Positions 59,712 through 64,000 of a DNA stretch of 64,000 nucleotides are shown here, in pieces. Every line of letters begins with the position of its first letter. The first letter of the stretch is position 1. Origin of the DNA: Candidatus Eiseniibacteriota bacterium. GTDB taxonomy: Bacteria > Eisenbacteria > RBG-16-71-46 > CAIMUX01 > VGJL01. The stretch spans positions 960,001 to 1,024,000 of the forward strand of contig CAWBWI010000006.1 of NCBI GenBank assembly GCA_963792585.1, read 5' to 3'. The notes beneath the pieces are model-generated. The model had not been told where the DNA came from, did not search any database, and worked only from the letters and a program-made list of their open reading frames with translations. The position numbers and the translations under genes are program-made.

Positions 59712-61289
59712 GTGAGTCTGCTTCGCCCGCCCGAGTCCCTGCCGCGGGACTACACCGAGATCTGGAAGGCCTTGCGCGACGCGGACGGCCGGGCGACTTC
59801 GCGACAGGCGCTCGCCGAGCAACTCGGCGTGTCGACACACACCCTGCAACGGATCCTGGTCCGCGGCGACGTACCGGTCTTCTCGGATGCGACAAGCACC
59901 CGCGTCGTCCACTCCTGGACCCGCACTCTCACCCGTGTCGCCTCGCGCCTCGGCTTCCAGCCTCGAGCGTGGATCGAGAGTGTCGGCATCCCATGGACCG
60001 CGGAGATCCGCAAGATCTCGGACCAATCGATCCAAGGCGCGCGCGCGACGCGCCTGCGCTCCGAGAAACGCGCTCCCGTCGGCGACACAACGGGCGGCGT
60101 GCTTCGCGTGGGCATCGTGGATCGTCCCACTTTCGGGGCCTTCCTGACCGACGCCGGCGGCTCCTTCCTCGAGGCCGCCATCCGGCGCATTCTCCATTCC
60201 ATCGACCCGGCGGCGAGAATTCAGATCGAGCTGACACGGGAAGACGAGGCGCTCGCCGAGATGGAGCGCCCGACCTCCCGCTTCGACCTTGCGGCCGGCG
60301 TTCTCGATACGACCGCCCGGCGGCGGCGAGGACTCGACTTCGTCGCGATCCCAGGCTGGAATGTGCGTCTCGACGCAGTTTGCGTCGCTCGGCGAGAGCT
60401 CGCCTCGAGCCTCTCCCGCTGGAGCGCCTGGATCGGGCCGACCTGCACGGTTCCGATCCTCGCGGCGGATGGCAGCGCCGCCCACGCGTACATCTCCGGC
60501 GCTTCGGGCCTCCCCGAGCCGCGGCTGCGCATCCTCCCGTCGAGCGACGGAATTGCCAACGCACGCGCGCTCATCGAGGAAGCGCGGCACAGCCCCGAGG
60601 GAGCGGCCATCCTCGTGTGTGACGGCGATTCGATCGGCGGTCCCCCAAGCGTGGGGGTGACGGAGATCCTCGAGGGGGACACGGAACTCGCCCGCGCGTT
60701 TGCGATCGTCTCGATGGGGGACGCCGCCGCGGCGCCCGCATTCCCCATCGCGATCGCCGCGATCGACAATGGTCCGATTCCCACACACCTCATGCGACGC
60801 GTCATGGAGCACGAGCTCTTCCGCGTCGGCGCCATCGCCACGGCCCATCTCTATGCGACATTGGCAGCGTCGTTCCACCGGGCGATCGAGGACTTCCCGC
60901 AGGCGAATCCCGTCTTCCGTCAATCGGTCTGCGACTTCCTGGTGGCCCTCGTCCGCCCGCCCGAGTATGCACGCACCCTGATCCCGATCGCGTGGCATCC
61001 GCATCTCGACGCGGCGCTGCGCGGGGAACTCGATCCGACGCGGCTTTCCGTTTCACCGCACCAGTGCCAGTCCTGCTCCGCGTCTCTCGACGACGGCGTG
61101 CACGGAGGTGTCTCGGACCACTACTGCCGGTTCTGTTCCGACGAGCAGGGACGCCTCCGGCCGCGCGAGCAGGTGCAGGGGGTGATCGCGCGCTGGCTGC
61201 AGGGCTGGCAGGGGGGAATCCCCGAGCAGGAGGCGATGCGGCGCGCAGCGGTCTTCATGCAGGCGATGCCCGCCTGGAGTCACAACTAG
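59712..61289 (+). CDS. Putative regulator: N-terminal HTH, central substrate-binding-like domain, C-terminal zinc ribbon
   Basis: GTG 59712 with GGAGG RBS; SRQALAEQLGVSTHTLQRI; LRVGIVD...FDLAAG; CQSC...YCRFC...MPAW. Confidence 0.65.
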   Translation: MSLLRPPESLPRDYTEIWKALRDADGRATSRQALAEQLGVSTHTLQRILVRGDVPVFSDATSTRVVHSWTRTLTRVASRLGFQPRAWIESVGIPWTAEIRKISDQSIQGARATRLRSEKRAPVGDTTGGVLRVGIVDRPTFGAFLTDAGGSFLEAAIRRILHSIDPAARIQIELTREDEALAEMERPTSRFDLAAGVLDTTARRRRGLDFVAIPGWNVRLDAVCVARRELASSLSRWSAWIGPTCTVPILAADGSAAHAYISGASGLPEPRLRILPSSDGIANARALIEEARHSPEGAAILVCDGDSIGGPPSVGVTEILEGDTELARAFAIVSMGDAAAAPAFPIAIAAIDNGPIPTHLMRRVMEHELFRVGAIATAHLYATLAASFHRAIEDFPQANPVFRQSVCDFLVALVRPPEYARTLIPIAWHPHLDAALRGELDPTRLSVSPHQCQSCSASLDDGVHGGVSDHYCRFCSDEQGRLRPREQVQGVIARWLQGWQGGIPEQEAMRRAAVFMQAMPAWSHN

Positions 61290-61308
61290 ATCGAGGAACC
61301 TCCAAAGG

Positions 61309-61977
61309 TCAGATGGCGGTCGGCGGGAAGTAGGGAAGCAACACCGAAAGCTCCTCGGTATCGAGGGCGACGTCGCACACCCCGATCAACTCCTCGCAGC
61401 GCGAGTTCAGCGCGATCGCGAAACCCGCCTCCCGCGCAATCTCGACATCGTTGAACGCGTCGCCGACGAATGCGCACCGATCGAGCGGAATCCCCTCGCG
61501 CGCGGCGATCTCCCGCAGGGCCCGGGCCTTTCCGTCGACGTCATACGGCGTGGCGGCCCACCCGGTCAGTCGTCCCGACGCATCGAAGTGGAGCCGGTTG
61601 ACGAAGACATCGTCGAAGGGATGGTCCGGGAAGAGGGTGTCGAGCACGATGTCGAGGGTGCCCGAGACCACGGCGAGCTTGTAGCCGCGCCGCTTCAGCT
61701 CTGCGAGACTCTCGCGGGCCCGGCCGATGAGGCGCAGATCGGTGATCGCCTCGAGGATTTCCGTCCGGGTGGCATGCACGCGCAGCCAGTCCCCGACGTC
61801 CAGAGCGACCCACTCTGCGTAGGTGATCTCGCCGTCGCGGTACTTGAGGAAGCGGGAGTGGTTCGCCTCGTCCCCACCCGTGAAACGCGTGTTCAGGATC
61901 TCCCAGACGATTCGCCCCTCGGGGTGGACCACCAAGGTCCCGTCGACATCGAAGCAGATGAGATCATACGGACGCAT
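61309..61977 (-). CDS. HAD phosphatase, phosphoserine-phosphatase-like (IB)
   Basis: FDVDGT, VVSGT, K, FVGDAFND. Confidence 0.88.
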   Translation of the reverse strand: MRPYDLICFDVDGTLVVHPEGRIVWEILNTRFTGGDEANHSRFLKYRDGEITYAEWVALDVGDWLRVHATRTEILEAITDLRLIGRARESLAELKRRGYKLAVVSGTLDIVLDTLFPDHPFDDVFVNRLHFDASGRLTGWAATPYDVDGKARALREIAAREGIPLDRCAFVGDAFNDVEIAREAGFAIALNSRCEELIGVCDVALDTEELSVLLPYFPPTAI

Positions 61978-62142
61978 CGGCCCTCCCGGCGCCAGCATAC
62001 CGATCGCCCCATGGCCCTGCACGATCGGCTTCTCTTCTGGTAACCATCTTGTGAATTTTGATATTCTTATAACGCTGTCGCATGAATGGCGGAGATGTCG
62101 GATCTCCCGCCCGGGCTCAACCACGCCGGAGGCAATTCCTAT

Positions 62143-64000
62143 ATGACGCGGCCCATGACGATCCTCACCCTCGTCCTAGCCCTGAGCACCATCGCCCTGG
62201 CTCCGCCGGCGGCGGCCGCCCCCGCCCCCGGGCTGGAGGTCTGGTCCCCCGGAGATCCCGACCCGACCATTCCCTTCTCGGATCGGTTTCCCGTCGCCGT
62301 CCAGACGACGACGGAGTCCGACGCGAGGGTGATCGTCGCCACGGGGATCGACGTCGAGGACGTGCGGCGATACGAGGGCGGCTGGATCGTCCGGGCGAAC
62401 ATCGATGAGGCGGAGCTCGCCTCGCTCGCCGGCCCGAGCCGGGAGATCGTTCGGCTCCGGAATCTGGCGCTCGAGTCGGCGCGGGCGGAGGGCCGGGATC
62501 GTGCATGGCCGACCTGGGCGGAATACGAGGCGAGCCTCCAGCAGATTGCGCAGGATCATCCGACGATCGTCCGTCTGCTATCCATCGGCCAGACGGTGCA
62601 GGGTCGGCAGATGTGGATTCTCAAGATCACGGACAACCCCGACGTCAACGAGGACGAGCCCGAGTTCAAGTACACCTCCAGCCTTCACGGCGACGAGGTC
62701 ACGGGGATGGAGATGTGCCGCCGCCTGGCGGGCCTCCTGACCGACGGCTACGGCGTCGATCCGACGCTGACCGACTACGTCAACAACGCGGAGATCTGGA
62801 TCCAGCCGATGAGCAACCCCGACGGTTTCGTCGCGGTCTCCCGCTACAACGCGAGCGGCATCGATCTGAACCGCGACTTCCCCGATCCGGTCAACGACCC
62901 GGTGGACAACCCTGCGGGGCGGGCGATCGAAACGCAAAATCTGATGAACTTCGGCTACGCCCACCGGTTCATTCTCTCGGCGAACTACCACGGCGGCGCG
63001 CTCGTCGTGAACTACCCATGGGACAGCTTCGTGGGATACACGCCGGACGACACCATGATCGAGAACTTCTCGCTCGGCTACGCCTTCCGGAACCCCCCGA
63101 TGTGGAACTCATCGGAGTTCCTCCACGGGGTCACCATCGGTTGGGCTTGGTACATCATCGACGGCGGGATGCAGGACTGGTGCTACAACTGGCGCAATGA
63201 GATCGACGTGACGATCGAGGTCTCGAACACGAAGCGCCCGAGCTGGACGCTGATGGACCAGTTCTGGACCGAGAACAAGGATGCGATGATCTGGTATCTC
63301 GCCCGCGTCTTCGTCGGCGTCCGTGGAATCGTGACCAACGCGGTGACCGGCCTGCCCGTCGACGCGACGGTCGATATCGTCCAGATCGGCAAGTCGATCC
63401 GCACCGATGCATCGATCGGCGACTACCACCGGATGCTGGAGCCCGGGACCTACACCGTGAAGGTCGACGCGGCCGGGTACGTGTCGCAGCAGATCCCGAA
63501 CGTGGTCGTCGTCGACGGCCCGGCAACGCGCCTGGACATCGCCCTCCAGCCGCTGCCGACCTACACGGTCAGCGGGACCGTGACGGAAGAGGGACCGGAT
63601 CGCCGCTCGGCGGAACCGTCGAAGCGCGCCGCATCACCGACGGGCAGCTGGTCGGAACGGCGCCGACCGATCCCGCCACGGGCGCGTACGCGCTCTCCCT
63701 CCTGAGTTCGACCTATGACATCCGCGCGACGGCGCCGGGCCACGCTCCGGTGACGCGCCGCATGACCGTCGAACAGGATCGCACCGAGGACTTCGTGCTC
63801 GCGCTCACCGCCAACAGGATCCTGATCGTGCGGGACGTGGTGGCGACCCGCATCGCGAGCGATCTCGCGAGTCTCGGGAACCTGACGACCGTCGAGGCCT
63901 CCAGCGTGACCGATCCCGCATCCTGGTCCGGCTACCGCATGCTGGTCTGGAGCGCCGGATCCGCCGCGGACCCGGTCGCGGACGCCACGCGCCGGGCTGG
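62143..64000 (+). CDS. Secreted M14 zinc carboxypeptidase with transthyretin-like domains; frameshift at ~63593; runs off the window
   Basis: Signal peptide; HGDE, NPDG, RYNASGIDLNRDFP, ANYHGG, GGMQDW, TIEVS. Confidence 0.9.

Overview
High-GC (roughly two-thirds G+C by eye) bacterial window with many signal-peptide proteins ending in a FlgD-Ig/T9SS-type-A-like C-terminal domain. This style suggests an FCB-related lineage such as Ca. Eisenbacteria (inference). The main finding is a tandem array of three paralogous secreted proteins (6188-12839, minus strand) that the ORF track splits. Each has an in-frame TGA at codon 41 in the first-Cys position of a thioredoxin/Omp28-type motif (ATW-U-TYCP, YTT-U-PYCP, ATW-U-TYCP). 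Each TGA is followed at the same offset by a hairpin with a conserved GGUGC loop and compensatory base changes. These are most likely secreted UxxC selenoproteins with bacterial SECIS elements. Other candidate systems: (1) a KamA-family aminomutase + GGT + 7TM + ATP-grasp operon with a 14-repeat secreted protein and an OM barrel; (2) an S8 protease / ECF sigma / putative anti-sigma / TPR-CHAT cassette with an in-frame TAG junction; (3) a leader-peptide translational attenuator before rsgA; (4) a hemerythrin/Crp-Fnr cluster; (5) several clear operator palindromes. Housekeeping-type genes include dinB, an RND efflux operon, a PEP-synthase regulator and a TonB receptor. Several genes carry single-base indels that look like long-read consensus errors. 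No rRNA, tRNA, CRISPR array or IS element was recognised.
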